NCBI RefSeq assembly: GCF_004010195.1
Contig: NC_057718.1
Location: forward strand, 19,916,351-19,980,350
Source: Chiloscyllium plagiosum
Lineage: Eukaryota
Direction of reading: 5' to 3'
DNA: 64,000 nucleotides
Shown one piece after another: positions 37,128 through 50,940 of the stretch. Made by a program: the position numbers and the translations under genes. The notes below the pieces were generated by a model. That model was given only the letters and a program-made list of their open reading frames with translations. It searched no databases and had not been told where the DNA came from. How positions within the stretch are numbered: position 1 is the stretch's first letter; each line of letters begins with the position of its first letter.

Positions 37128-39884
37128 CAGAAGCTTTAATCACCTCCTCTCCTCCTTATTGCAGACTAACCTGCTTTGTAGTTCCAACAATTTATTTTGT
37201 GTCTGCTGATTGAAATTAGAGCACAACAGTGCATAATTACCCCAAATGAAATATTTTTAGACAAATTCTCTACATGCCAAATGTTAAAATATTTTTCTGT
37301 AAATTTCAACTATAATTTTCCATTAACGTTAGACAGCACCGCAGAACATTCTTTAGGAAAATATGATCGCAATGCACAGAGAACTGCAATCCAAACATGC
37401 TTTGTAATATGCTTCCTTGTTCGACCCCACAGGAAACACCATAACCTAACAAAGCATATGAATATTTCATAGGCTGAGGCTCTGCACTCTTAAAAGCCCA
37501 AGACTTTTGCACAGCTTGAAGATTCTAATTAGCTGCACTTAACTGTTTTTAAAGGAAGTAGTATGAGCAATGGGCATCTTAACATTTCATTTTAGCTGGG
37601 AAAACCTACTGGGCACAAAATCTACTAAAAACAAATAGAAATTTAACGAGGAACAAAGTTATCAGCAATATCTTTGTCGCACTGAAGAGTAAATGAGACA
37701 CAATAAAAATGATCTACAGTTAGCACAAATCTAACATCAGCAGCGCCATCACAGAAAAATCTGAACGTGTCACCTTATTTCCATTAGCTTTCATTCCCAG
37801 CCCAATAAAATTTTGCCAGATAAATTTGACAGTTTTGTAGATTTTCACTGCCCATGGACTAACTTCCTCTTCACAGAGGTGAAACAGATCTCAAGGTCAC
37901 AAGAAAGTCATGGAAGAAGGAGGCATTGAACTCCACCTTATACATCCATTCTGAAAAACAAGTTTATTCTGAGTTTAAATTATGTTCCTATCGTCCTCTT
38001 TTAATTAGTTTACAAATATTTCCATTTGACTTTTTTTCATTCCATAACCTAAAATCTGACATTCTGATATCCTCGTTTCAGGCTAAAACATTCATAATTC
38101 TGCTTCATATCTGCAAGCAAGTGCCAATGCCACAGCTCTGCCTCTGCATGGCATATAATGAGAGAATGTCTCCTTTGCACGTTAGTAATCAGAAAAGGGC
38201 AAAGTACTTGAAGTGCAGCCTGGTCAGCCCAACATTAGCTTGGTCATCATTTCCTGACTTGGGTTATAAAATCAGCATAGTCGAATAACCAAAGTCAATC
38301 GAATGTCTGCTGATTTACTACAGCTAGGCACTTCAGGTACGGAACCCACAGAAATTTCTATGCCTATGTTTGGCTGTATTCTTAGCTTTTTGAATACCAT
38401 TTACAGGAAGGAAAAAATCTAAACCATAAATCAACTGAATTGATGAGAACTAAATCTCTCTCTTCCAAGCATATTATCAAAAACACTGACTGGAAAACAC
38501 AAAATTTGAAAGCTAAAGCTCCCACAATCATGGCCACAGTTCAAATTATTCAAAACATTTGAAGAAAATTGTAAAGTAAAAATGATTTGGAATAATATAT
38601 TTTGAAAGATTTTCCAAAGTTGCAGATTTTCTTTTAAAAGGTACTAATAAGGAACAGATATATCAGGAGGAAAAAACTCACCCAGATTACAAGTAGCATG
38701 CAATTAACAATGAATTCCTGATAAAATATCGTCAATATTTTGCTGACTACTTCAAATTGACTAATGTAAATAATCGAATGGAACGACATTAATATTGAAA
38801 AGACACAAATCGGATCACTGTCATCTACAATTTGCCAATGCATCTAGTTGTAACATTGTATACAAAGATGAATAACCTCCATTGTGCATTCTGAAGATAC
38901 AGCGATGTCCCATTTTTCAAATATGCCCAAAAGCTGAGAGAAATACCCAGATGTGAAATAAGTCTCAAGCACCAGAAACTAGCTATGCCCAAAACAGCAA
39001 AATGGTAAGGAATCTGGCAGTACAGCATTTTGGTAAATCTGTAGTACATCAGCATCATAACTGCTCATGTCACTGCTGATTGCAGCATCACATCTGTAAA
39101 GGCAAAGACGCACAGCTCCTTCTAAAGACACCAAAATCCTGCATGTGTTTTTAATTCAGTGTCTCCATGAACCTGGCAGCCATTACCAAGTGCCATTATT
39201 GGCAGCACCAATCACCAAACTGCATCAGATTTCCTCTGTTGTAGGCCACCACAGGAGTTGTGAGATTAAAGACTTTTACAGACCTTACACAAACATCAAA
39301 TTACCCCACAACCAAACATGCAATTAATCATGACTGTTTAAAACCTTCACATGTTAAGCCACGTGCCAGCAAGTATTGTAGTGTTGAGTAGCATGAATGA
39401 TCCAGCTGTAAATATTGTGGTATGTGGATTTTCATCAGGCTATACTCGACTTGTCTCCTTCACCAAACCCACAAGCTGAAAGGAGGATCACAGATATTTG
39501 ACATTGCTGACAAGTTTCTTATTGTTTTGAGCTACACTACTCCTAATTGGATTTGAAAGCAATCTAAATTTCAAATAGTGAATCAAAAGAAAACAATGGT
39601 AAAAGTAAGGGAACTAAAAGATTTGTTTAATTAGTAAATGACATTATTACAGCAACAAGCAAATAAAAGCAACTCTCTCCCAATCCATCATTCATATTTT
39701 AAAACAGACGTTACCCAAAGCTTTTAAGATGCAGAGAATAATAAAGGGTCAATGATGCTTATTGAAAATTACAATAAAACAAATGAAATTAAAAATATCA
39801 TTTGAAAGTAATACGACTTTTTACTACAGCCTGATCAAAAGACTAGAACTGGGCCTTTATTTTGCAAGACCCATTAAGGTTTTA

Positions 39885-39978
39885 TTGCTGAGTGTGGGGT
39901 GCTGGAACAGTACAGCAGGTCAGACAGCATACGAGGAGCAGGAAATCGACATTTCAGGCAAGAGCCCTTCATCAGAAA
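39885..39978 (-). mobile_element. Short Penelope pLTR fragment
   Basis: gctggaacagtacagcaggtcagacagcat...gagcccttcatcag. Confidence 0.7.
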
Positions 39979-41389
39979 GACTGCATTGTAAAGTCGAGCC
40001 TGGACTGGAGTGATGTAGCTGTATTTAAGCATATTTGGCTTTTTGTTACCTTTGGAACCACTTAATGTAGTAGGATAGTGAAAACCAAAATAAAACTTGC
40101 ATCTTCTGGAAGTTTTTGGAAGCATTGCACCCCCAAGTGCAATAAGTCTCTCAAGATGGACTCAGTCATCAGAAAAAAAACAGACTTTCAGAAATATTTG
40201 GAGGCCCAGTGTGCAGTGCAGAAGCAGCAAGAGGACACTGGGGTTCACATTATGAGATGGTCAGCATAGTTAAGATGATGGAGACAGAAACTAAACAGTC
40301 ACTCTCTAGATCGGAGAAGAGTAAGCACAATTCTTGTGCAGGGAGCAACGCCTATAGTCAGGAAGATGGTGACCGATTGACAGCTACAATACAGGCAAGA
40401 ACAATGGTGGGTGAGTAATTTTTGCATCATAACACACATTGCAATTGTTTACATGGGAAGGAAAAAAGTAAACAGCGGAATGGAAGAGCAGGAAAGGAGT
40501 AATATTATTCGAGAAGAGAGCAGTGTAAAGTTTCAGCTGATGCTGGAACAAGGGATTAAGCAAAGTACAAGAAAGTGATGCTGCAAAGTCTGATGAATTT
40601 GTTTGAAAAGGACAGTAAATTTTAATATAACAGTCCCAATGAGAGGGAATCAGGAGTAAAATAGAAAAAGATTATGCTCATCAACTTGACAGATGGTGCT
40701 TTTTGGATTTCTCAGGCAGCGTAGTCCACAAGGCAGAGGGACAATCTGCAAATTGGATAGGCTTTATTTAAATCAAACCAATACCGTACGGTGGAGTGGA
40801 TTTCAACGATCATACCTGGAGATGTATATCCTAAAGTATATACAGAGGGGTTACGAATGCTGAAAGTAGTACTGGAAGGTTACCTTGTGGAGGAATAGAA
40901 ACTAGTTTGAAGCAAACAACAGATCTGAGAAAGACAGTGAAGGAAATAATAAAAATTAGAAGTCAACAAGAGTACAAGGATATGAAGTCAAAGTTGCAGT
41001 ATTTATATGTAAAGTTCAAAGAATTTATAATAAAACTGAGAAACCCCATACATACTAAATGCGGAGGGAAAATCTCTGGAGTCATTTACAGAACTTTTAA
41101 GATCATAAAGGTAAACTTCGGTAAGCTGAATGATCTTTCTCATCGCAGTTATTTTGAGATAAGATCAGTGGAAAAGCTAAGACCTACACAAGTGCAAATA
41201 CCTCCTCTTCAGTGCTATTTATTTTCCATAAATAGAATTAATTTGAAAATTTAAATCCTGCAAGCTACAAGTACCTTTCTGGATTGAAATTCAAATCAGC
41301 ACATATTTCCAAAAACATGACTCATCCATTATTTCAACATACTAGCAGCAATAGCATCGGTGATTACATAAACGCAGTCAAAACCAGAA

Positions 41390-42680
41390 GAGGTTTAAGG
41401 ATAAGACTGTTGAGTAATTGGAAGTGCATGATAAAATAGGGCAGAGTCAGTGCAGCTTTGTCTTAGGGAGGCCATGTCTGAAAAAAACTGTTAGAAATCT
41501 TTGAGGAGGTAATGAGCAAGTTAGACAAAAGACAGCTAATGGATGTGATCTATTTAGATTTCCAGAAGGCCTTTGATAAGGTCAGGAGGCTGATAAATAA
41601 GACAAGTGTCCCTGGTGCTAGGGGGCAAGGTACTGGCACTGATAGAGCATTGGCTGACTGGCACAAGGTAGAGTGTGGGGGAAAAATGGTCTTTCTCAGG
41701 ACGGCAGGTGGAGTTCCTCAGGCGTCAGTGTTGGGACCACAACTATTCGTGTTACACATTAATGATCTGGAAAAAGGAACTGAGGGCATTGTTGCTAAGT
41801 TTGCAGATGAGACAGAGACAGGTGGAGGGAGATGTAGTGTTAAGAAAGTGGGGACACTGAAGACGAATTTGGACATACCAGACAGTGAGCAAAGAAGTGG
41901 CAGATCTAGAATGCAATGTGGGAAGTGTGAGGGTATGCATGTTGGTGGGAAGAATACAGGCAAGACTATTTTCTAAATGGGGAAAAGCTTCAGAAATCTG
42001 AAGCAGAGAGAATTGGGAGTCCTAGTTCAAGGTTCTCTTCACATTAATCTTGGCAGTTAGGAAGGCAAATGCAAGTTTAGCACTCATTTCAAGAGGGCTA
42101 GAAGACAATAATAAAGATGTACGGCTGACGTTGTATAATGGTCTGGTCAGATCGCATTTGGAATATTGCGAGCAGTTTTAGGACCCATATCTGAGATGGA
42201 TGCGCTAGTGTTGGAGGGAGTCCAGTGAAGATTTACAAGAATTATCCTGGATATAAAGAGCTGGCATATGAGGAGCAGCTGAGGACTCTGGATTCGATGG
42301 AGTTTAGATGGATGAAGGGGGATCTGATTGAAATTTAGAGAATACTGAGAGGCCTGGATAGAGTGGACGTGCAGAAGATGTTTCCACTTCTAGGACAGAC
42401 TCGAACTTGAGGGCACAGCCTTAGAGTGAAAGGACAACTCTTTCGAACTAAGAAGAAGAATTTCTTTAGCCAGATGGTGATTAAACTGTGGAACTCATGG
42501 CCTCCACAGCCTTCTACGGCCAAGTCACTGATAGTAGTTCAGACAGAGATAGATATTTTCTTGATTGGTAAAGGGATCAAGGGTTACTGGGAGAAGGCAA
42601 GAGAATGGGGTTGAGAAATACATCAGCCATGACCAAATGGAGAGTAGAGCTGATTGATTGAATGACCTAGTTCTGCTCCC
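41390..42680 (+). mobile_element. CR1 LINE RT fragment (different subfamily)
   Basis: ORF 41512-41976 DVIYLDFQKAFDKV...GVPQASVLGPQLFVLHINDL...KFADET. Confidence 0.92.
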
Positions 42681-42959
42681 CTCTCTCGGTCTCATTATTC
42701 GAGAAACAGTTGAAAGTAGTGGGGGCAGTGAGTAATTTACCAAGGTTCCTTTCACTTAAGCAGAGGCCAAAACCTTTACAAGCGTTGAGACTGTTCCTTT
42801 TGCCAAGGCCAGGGTTTGGAGCATTAATGGGGGCTTTAGCAAAAATGAGGGAAGGAGCTTAGGAGTAGATTGGCTTTTTTTGTGTGGGGGGGTGGTGGGT
42901 TTGATAAGTGAAAGGAAAAGATGTTTGGGAGAGGAAGCCGCAAGAGGGTTGGCGGTGAC

Positions 42960-43310
42960 CAAATAGAGATCTTTAAAATCATGAAAGGTTCTGATAAATT
43001 GAACACAGAATGGGTCAACTGTGGGGAAGAGCATAACTACTGGCTCGCACTATAAGAATATAAGATGTTTATTAAGAGTTGAAGAGGGAATTCTGCTAAA
43101 TTGCTTTACCAAGAGTGGCAAGAATGTAGAACTTGCTACCAGATGGTGTGGTTAAAGCTAACAGTATGGATTTAATGAAGGGAAAACTCAACAAATATGT
43201 GAAGGTGGCAACAAATGGTTATGGTGATAGATTTAGACAAGATGAGAGGAAACTCCAATGCAGCTGGCATGGATTGGTTGGGTCAAATAACCAGTTTCAT
43301 TGTTATATAT
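42960..43310 (+). mobile_element. Degraded CR1 3' fragment
   Basis: atagagatctttaaaatcatgaaagg...LLPDGVVKA resembles the CR1 C-terminus. Confidence 0.55.
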
Positions 43311-45356
43311 TGAATGAAATTCTAAATGAAGGAGATGTAAAGGAAGAGAAAGAAGATTAGATGGACAGTGGGGAGGAAGCAAGGTATAAAACAAGCTAAA
43401 TCTCCTAAAACACAGTAATGTCAGTTAGTACTCTTTTTGTTTTTGAACTGTGCAGAAATGAAAGTAGTACTGTATCAGCGATGAAGGATATACCAACAGC
43501 CTCAGGCTTCTCTCTCAGTCAACTACAATGATACCTCCTATAGGGACCCAACTTCCATCACTTTCAAACACATTCACTTGCACAACTACAAATTCTATTT
43601 GCAACTGAGAAAATAAATAACAAGTCCTTGGTTTAATTACCTTCTGTTTTCCTCATGAGCCAAATTATGAAAAAAAGAGTTGTCTTAAAGTGCAGCAGAA
43701 CCAAGAAATAAAACATGTTGCACGTGAATAGTCATTATAAACATTGTGACATAGACAATAGGATGTGGGCACTGATCTAGCATGTAGTTGGTTGAATTTG
43801 CTGCATTAACTGGTCTGCAGTTTGTTGTGCACTCAAAATGAATAAGCTGCTTCAAATCTGTTACACAAACAAAATGCTACACCATCAAGCAAAGGTTTTA
43901 GCAAGATATTAGAATAGTTTAAAAAAGTGAAATTTGTTCTTGGACTTAGGCATTATTTATTTCACCAGAAAAAGGACCATGACAATAATTAAACTGAGGA
44001 TAACATCAGCATTATACTGTTAACCATTACTGCTCCTGTTACAACGCTGGGGTCATGGAAATCAAGTTCCACTATTCCCAGAGTTGAAACGAACCTGAAA
44101 AAAATTAGTCAAATTATCCAAAAGCTCCAATTTATCTGACTGACGAAATCACTCACAAGAAAATAACCGTTCAGCGCAAACAAGTTCTCTTTAACCAAAA
44201 GCAATGAAGAAATATCAAACTTATAACTTTAAAACAAATTCTACTGTTAAAATTCCCCCCTTTTGTATACGGACAAACACACAAAGATAAAACATGGACA
44301 AAAGAAGAAAAATATCAGGGATACAGAGTTCAACAGCACTGACCTGACTACAAAATTCACTCAGTTGTGTTCTTTCTCTTCCTTTCAGTTTCTTTTTAGC
44401 TCTTTGCAGATGACATAAGGTTTTTGCACACTAATGTCATCTTTCATTTGCTGCTTTGGAATTTGCTTTTTCTTAAAAACTGTTTCAAAGGAGTTTTATC
44501 CTCCTTCAAAAGGGAACTTGTCAAGGAAAGCAAGTGAAAGACAGCAAGCTGTTACTGGAGATTTTCAGGTATCTTTACATGAGAGAAATATTTTGATGTC
44601 TTCTCTTTGCAGGTGAGACGATTCTCTTCAGCACTAGTTTTACACACGCCATGGTGACCGCATCAACAGTCAATCAAATGGTGTTGTCAAGGAATTCCAC
44701 CCCCCACTCCCCCCAACTCAGGAACCACTGGCTGTATGGCATTTGCCTTTCTTCTCATTGTGCCAGAGGAAAGCAACATTGAGTTGTATGCAAAATGCTC
44801 CAGTAAACAATTTTTAAAACTACAGCATTCCCATTGCGTACAGTCTCATTGGTTTAAAGCAGCATCTTCCACATTTTAAATCCATAGTCCAAAATCTAAC
44901 AATGTGAACTTCACATGCTTCCACTCTTAGGAAAGATGAAAAAGCATCTCAAAAAAGGAAAATCCCTTCACCTGCAGGAAGGCTTCAGCACGTCTACTGC
45001 ATTTTGTTCTTGATTATACAAAAGCGGGTTATCAAATTTTATTTTTTGATCACTTAGCAACTTCACACTCAATCTTTCAACTGTCTTCGATCCAAAATAT
45101 TCAAGCAAAGAACCACTGATCTTTGTCATGACTTACTGGGTTAGTGGAGGTCGACAGAGCACACTACCCTACCGAGACACGACGATCCAAAGAAACCAAA
45201 ACCAGAGCCACCACCAACTCACCGTATGGTAAATTTCATCAAGTCATAAATCATGTTTAAAATAAAAAGAGAACTCCACATTCAAAACTTCATATTGATA
45301 TACAAAGTACTTCAAAGAGTAACCAAATCCATATTTAATACCACCTTATCACTTAC

Positions 45357-45522
45357 CAGAGTCATTTCTCAAATATGATGACATAGCAGGAATAAGGCAG
45401 GATTGACTGAGTAACTCCACAAGCACAGAAGGAAGGGCATTATTGTTGTGTCCTCTACTTTCACCAAGCTGTACTTCTCCAGATAAGATGCTTCCCCCAG
45501 GATTTATGTAACTGGCAAGGAC
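45357..45522 (-). CDS. BIRC6: BIRC6 coding exon G (phase 0-1, 166 nt); not in ORF track
   Basis: attcttag acceptor, gtaagt donor; VLASYINPGGSILSGEVQLGESRGHNNNALPSVLVELLSQSCLIPAMSSYLRNDS. Confidence 0.96.
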
Positions 45523-45689
45523 CTAAGAATTCAGCAGACAAACAAGTTAAGAATTTGATTCAAAAGTTAAAAATAGATTTTGATTCATCATTTTGTCCTG
45601 CATTCAAAAATCATCCTAAAGATTACAAGAATTTGTCGCAGAGAATATTTTTGATAATAGTACACTTCAGCTCTTTTACTCATGTTTGA

Positions 45690-46085
45690 ATCAAGGCTAA
45701 ATTGAATAGTGTGGCAGAACTCAAGTTGTGCGTCACTGAACTGGTTGTTGCTGAGCAGGTGTCGCTCAATAGCACTGTTGATGACACCTCCCATCACTTT
45801 ACGGATGATCAAGAGTAGACTAATGGGTGGTAACTGGCAGTGTTGGATTTGTCCTGCTTTTTGTGTACAGGATAGATCTGTGTAATTTTCCACATTGTCA
45901 GGGATATGCCAATATTTAAACTAAACTGGAACAGCTTGGCTAGGGGAGCAGCAAATTCTGCAGCACAAGTTTCTAAAACTATTGCTAGAATGCAATGTTG
46001 CCAGGGCCCATAGCCTTTGTAGTATCCAGGGTCTCCAACTGTTTCTTGGTACCAAGTGGAGTGAATCAAATTGGTCAAGACTGGT
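45690..46085 (-). mobile_element. L2/CR1-clade LINE RT fragment
   Basis: LETCAAEFAAPLAKLFQFS...WKITQIYPVHKKQDKSNTASYHP; PISLLLIIRKVMGGVIN. Confidence 0.85.
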
Positions 46086-46639
46086 GTCTTTTACGCTGGA
46101 GACCACTGCACAAGGCCGAGGGAAGGGAGACAAGGTGGAGCCTTGGGATTACTGAAGTTAATGTTGCAATTGGCAGTATTATGTAGTTATGCTTGCATGA
46201 GAGAGAGCAGGCGCGAGAGCATGCTGTGAGCCTGTAGTCAATAAACTTGCTGCCCAGGAGAAGTCTGTGGTTTGGTTTCTATTTCATCTACAAGGATGGG
46301 AAGAAAGGCCCTTGCAAGAAATGCTCTGGTTATACTGAATATGGGAAAAAACAGAACAGAGAAAGGTAATGCAAAAGAACTAAACTGAATAGTGAAGAAT
46401 TATAAAATCAAACATTATGGTCAATTATTTCCAAGGGTGCAAGAAGTCAACATGGACGAGAAAGAATAAATAATAGCCAGGAAAATAACAGTTTGTTCAA
46501 GAGTCTAAAACTGAAAAGTTTGAAAGATAGGACAGAAGTCTGTAAAATCAGGAAGGCAGTTAGGGCTCTTGTTAAGATGGGAATTTCAACAGAATTTAAA
46601 AATTGGGATGTACACCAAGGGCAGAGCCAGGGCTCCTGA

Positions 46640-46767
46640 TTCCTGAAGAAGGGCTTATGCCCGAAACGTCGATTCTCCTGTTCCCTGGATGCTGCCTGAT
46701 CTGCTGCGCTTTTCCAGCAACACATTTCCAGCTCTGATCTCCAGCATCTGCAGACCTCTCTTTCTCC
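46640..46767 (+). mobile_element. Young solo Penelope pLTR with intact hammerhead core and 13-bp TSD
   Basis: Nearly identical to 59275-59401; atgtacaccaagg at 46608-46620 and 46768-46780. Confidence 0.85.
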
Positions 46768-46844
46768 ATGTACACCAAGGAGTGACTTGGTGTACATCCC
46801 AAAATAGACTTGGGTAAAACGGTAATTCCCTCAACCTGTCACCA

Positions 46845-47052
46845 CCCACAATTCAAAGATGTGTAGGTTAGGTGAATTGGCCATGCTAAATTGCCCATCG
46901 TGCTCAGAGCTGTGTAGATTAGGTGCATTAGTCAACGGTAAACGTAGGACAATATGGTAGGGGAATGGGTCTAGGTGGGTTACTCTTCGGAGAGTCAGTG
47001 TGAACTTGTTACGCAGAAGGGCCTTTTTTCACACTGTAGGAGTTCTATGATT
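46845..47052 (+). mobile_element. HE1-type V-SINE, 3' part
   Basis: caaagatgtgtaggttaggtgaattggccatgctaaattgccc...gggttactcttcggag...cacactgtagg. Confidence 0.85.
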
Positions 47053-47460
47053 CAAGTGGGAAACTTGAAATTCAACCCCCTGAACTCTACCTGGAGTCAA
47101 GAAGTTCTTGAACATCTTGCACATGCCATTACAGATATTAGGGGAGGAGTTTAATTAAGAAAAACAATTGCACCTGTGGCTTTGTTCTCCAGACTGATCA
47201 TTAAACCTGTGGGTATTTTTGACAGAGAGTAAGGTAAAGTAGACCTTAACACAGTCAAGTCAATTCTGGGAATGGATAGGAAAGTCAGTTGTGCATCAGT
47301 TATGCATACATTTGCACCCTTTAAGTATTCATAACGGAAACTATGCAAGGAGGACCAACTCGAATAGGAGACAAATTATTATACTCGGATACAACACAAA
47401 TGTATTTTAAAAAACAGAAATGTTTGAACATTCAAAGTTGGTAAGTCAGTTAGTACTTAC

Positions 47461-47625
47461 TTGCAGAAGACAGGTAACATGCTCCTCCTCCAGTCTCTGC
47501 TTAGTGAGAGCCTGTTCCACATCCCAGCCTGATGCAGTAGAACCCGTGCCAAAGCCTGTGCCTTTGGCCCAATATAACTGCTGGTCTTCAGTGGAAGAGT
47601 TAGTGTGCACACTGGAAACTTGCGG
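47461..47625 (-). CDS. BIRC6: BIRC6 coding exon F (phase 0-0, 165 nt)
   Basis: ttttcaaacag acceptor, gtaagt donor; PQVSSVHTNSSTEDQQLYWAKGTGFGTGSTASGWDVEQALTKQRLEEEHVTCLLQ. Confidence 0.97.
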
Positions 47626-48929
47626 CTGTTTGAAAAGAAAGAAGTGAAAAACTTCCTTGTCGGTCGTTAACCAAAGATGCAATTACAGTTTACACTGGCA
47701 CAAACAATATCAATATACATACACTTGAATAACTATGTATTCAGAGCAAATACATCAACAAGCACAGCCCTGGCTTTGCCCTTTGACTTCCCCACTATTT
47801 TAACAAGAATTTATTCCCTCTCTCAAAAACCACAATATAAATATCAAATGGATCCAAAATTGTTCAGTCTTGAATACATCACTAAAGTGGTTCAGGTTAG
47901 CAAATGTCTATTTTAAACAAAAACCAAAATACCTATTTATTTTCATTTCCTAGGGGATTAAGTATGCCTACAATCTATATTAATCTGTTTAAAACTTTAT
48001 ATATACACATTGAATAGTTGAAAACCAAATCATGCATAAATACTAAGTTATATTAATACAACGATCACTGCACTTCAAACTATTTAACTTTTTCAAAGTC
48101 TATTGAAATGCGTATACGCATTAAGAAATGCAAATATCTACTACGTCAGTTCTTAAAAAACTCAATTATGATTCTTAAATGCTCGAGATTAAAACTTCCA
48201 CATCAAACGTCTTGAATTTGCTCATATGAAAATTACATTTAGTTATAGAAAATAGGTAAAAAAGAAACAAAGAAAACTGAACCAATATAAATTGGAATCT
48301 CTTAGGTCACAGCTCGAAACCTATTGGGAACTTTGGAATTGTCAGAACCCTGAGAATTGATCGAGCATGTATGTTGCCAGCACCTTGTATTATCATGACA
48401 ATGTTAGGAATAAAATCTGTACGAACCAAAAATATACACTAACTTCTCTTAACAGTTTTAAAGGATTGCATCAACAATGCAGATTCGAATTTATTCACAT
48501 GGAACAAAAGTTTCTTAACCAACTACATATAAATCGGCATGAAGTAGTACTGAGTTTGTGATTATTAATACAGAGGACACAGAAAGCGGCAAGTTCCTCT
48601 AACTGTAATACAGGAACACTTCGATTTCACAGTTTGTGGACATCACATTTGGTCCAATATCTTCTTTTCATTCCTGTCTGAGCAGTTATTACTGCTTAAA
48701 TGAAATCCCATTCAAACACAAGGAAAATACTACACATTTCACTTGAGGCAATCATATAATTACAGCCAAAGTCAACATAGATAATATTTATTCACATGAT
48801 GGTGGTTCCTATGACGACAAATTAATTAGCTTATCCACCAACTTAAACATTCAATTCTACTTTACCAAGACTTATGCATCAATATCTCCTAAACTCACCT
48901 AGAAGAAAAGGAAACAGACATATAGGAAT

Positions 48930-49790
48930 GCCTCCACTTTGCGCAACATTCAAACTGGCAATGTATCAGTGCACCTAGATCAAAATCCTGAAACTCCCTA
49001 CTGAGCAAGCAATTAAGGCAGTAAATAAAATGTTAGCCTTTATTGCAAGGGGATTTGGGAACAGCACAAAGACAACTTGATACAATTATATCATACAATT
49101 ATAAAGGGCTTTCGCAAGATCACATCTGAAATATTGCGTGCAGTTTTGAGTTTCCACGCTTAAAGGATGATATATTTGTATTGGGGGTAATATAGTGAAG
49201 GTTCACTACATTTGGCCCCTAGGATGAAAAGCTTGTCCTATGAAGAGAGGCTGAAGAAACGGGACCTATTTTCTGAGGTTTACAAGAGGAGATCTCATTG
49301 AAACATGCAAGATTTTGAAGGCGGTTGATAAGGTTAATGCTAGGAGACTGCTTCCACTATTTGGGAAATCTAAAACATGAGGCCACAGGATAAAGAGCAA
49401 TCATTTAGGACAAAGACAAGGAGAAATCACTTCAAATGAAACGGATGTGAATCTTTGGAATTTTTCAGCTCATCCCAGGCTGGCGGATATCCAATATTGA
49501 ATACATTTAAGAATAGATAGACCGATCTTTAGTATATCAGGAAAAGACATGGGAGTGGGTAGAAAATGAGATTTGAAGCCCATAATTAGCTATAACCATA
49601 TTCAACGGTGGATCAGGCTAAATGGGCAGTACAGTATATATTTCTTTTGTTCTTGACTTCTAACAATACTATGGATGTACCTAAACTACAACGACTGCAG
49701 TAATTTAAGGAGGGTGCTCATTGGCACTTGTGCAAGGGCAAACGTAGGTGAGCAATAAATGCTGGTCTTAGAAATCCATCACATAGGAAT
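48930..49790 (+). mobile_element. L2-type 3' end interrupted by a degraded CR1 fragment (~49003-49655)
   Basis: caaaatcctgaaactccct...gcaataaatgctgg flank a CR1 C-terminus (gaaatattgcgtgcagttttg, gatctcattgaaacatgcaag). Confidence 0.65.
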
Positions 49791-50096
49791 ACGAAAATGT
49801 TACAAGCATATTGCTTAATTGAGAGATTTGGGTATGAAACTTTCAGACATTTCAATTTGTTTCTAAAACCAGCATGTTCAGAGCTTTAGTGATTTCATGT
49901 TCTATCAACTGAACGATGTAATTAAAACCCACAATAAAACCAAAATAAAAAATGCCAGTGAAGGGTTCTGATGACAGGTCACGATGCTTCACTCTAGAGG
50001 CTGCCTGGCCTGCTGAGTGTTGAAAGCGTCACAGTAATTTGGTTTTGTATTAGTAGTTAGAACCTGGATTGATATTTAACCTCATGCTGAGCTCAC

Positions 50097-50314
50097 CTCT
50101 GTCTGGTTAGCACCTGCATTAGGCACCCTTGGGGCATGGTGGCTTAGAGCAGAAAGGCAAGCCAGTATAAGATGAATCGCTCCAATCTCCAAAGCCATCC
50201 GCCGAAGGAGAACTCCATCATCAGTAGTCAATGGTGTGGTACTGAATAAAGTGCACAAAACATGGAATGGAAGCGTGGGTAGAACATTTGCTGATGGAGA
50301 TTGTAGGATATGAC
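50097..50314 (-). CDS. BIRC6: BIRC6 coding exon E (phase 1-0, 218 nt); not in ORF track
   Basis: cttgtttcag acceptor, gtgagc donor; (S)HILQSPSANVLPTLPFHVLCTLFSTTPLTTDDGVLLRRMALEIGAIHLILACLSALSHHAPRVPNAGANQTE. Confidence 0.96.
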
Positions 50315-50639
50315 CTGAAACAAGAAAATGAACATCATTTAAAATTTTATGTTGACTTCATGTTCAACAAAAATAACTATTTAAATGAAAAGTCCTTTTA
50401 CATTATGCAACTCTCATTACCATAAGCAGCACAGGAACATTAACTATACTAGAGATTAATTCAGTCAAGAGATTGTTCAAACACAAATGTTTTCATAAAG
50501 ACGTAAAAATTCTGGTGATTACAACACAATTCAAGTATGGGAATCCATAAGATTAGATTAATAATCTTAACATGAGTTAGAGGCAACAAATTCTGCATCA
50601 CAATCTATGAGCATAATGCAAATCTCAAATCATACATAC

Positions 50640-50940
50640 TGCCTTCGCCATCATCGGTTACACCAAGCACCAATCTTAGCAAACACTGAGCATGTTTCCG
50701 TTCTTTGAGGAGTACTTCTGCATATCCTGGTAAACGGAGGAAGAGTCCAAAGGCTGCGAGAGAATGTGCTGGGATTGGAGACATTGCAGGAACAGTTGAT
50801 TTGATTGGTGGTGGCTCTGCAGTTATGGTTTCAGGAGCCTCATAGACTAATTCACCAGACTGCTCTATTGTAACCCATTCAAACTGTTCGTTGTCCTTTG
50901 GTTTTTCTTGCGAAGTTGAAGTTACCACTGGAGCACTCAC
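50640..50940 (-). CDS. BIRC6: BIRC6 coding exon D (phase 0-1, 301 nt)
   Basis: catctag acceptor, gtatgt donor; VSAPVVTSTSQEKPKDNEQFEWVTIEQSGELVYEAPE...AQCLLRLVLGVTDDGEG. Confidence 0.97.

Noticed and set aside
14976..45356. Possible additional BIRC6 exons in the 30 kb intron
   Set aside because: Exons G and H join in frame (NDS|VLDMARH) with no missing residues relative to BIRC6 as I recall it
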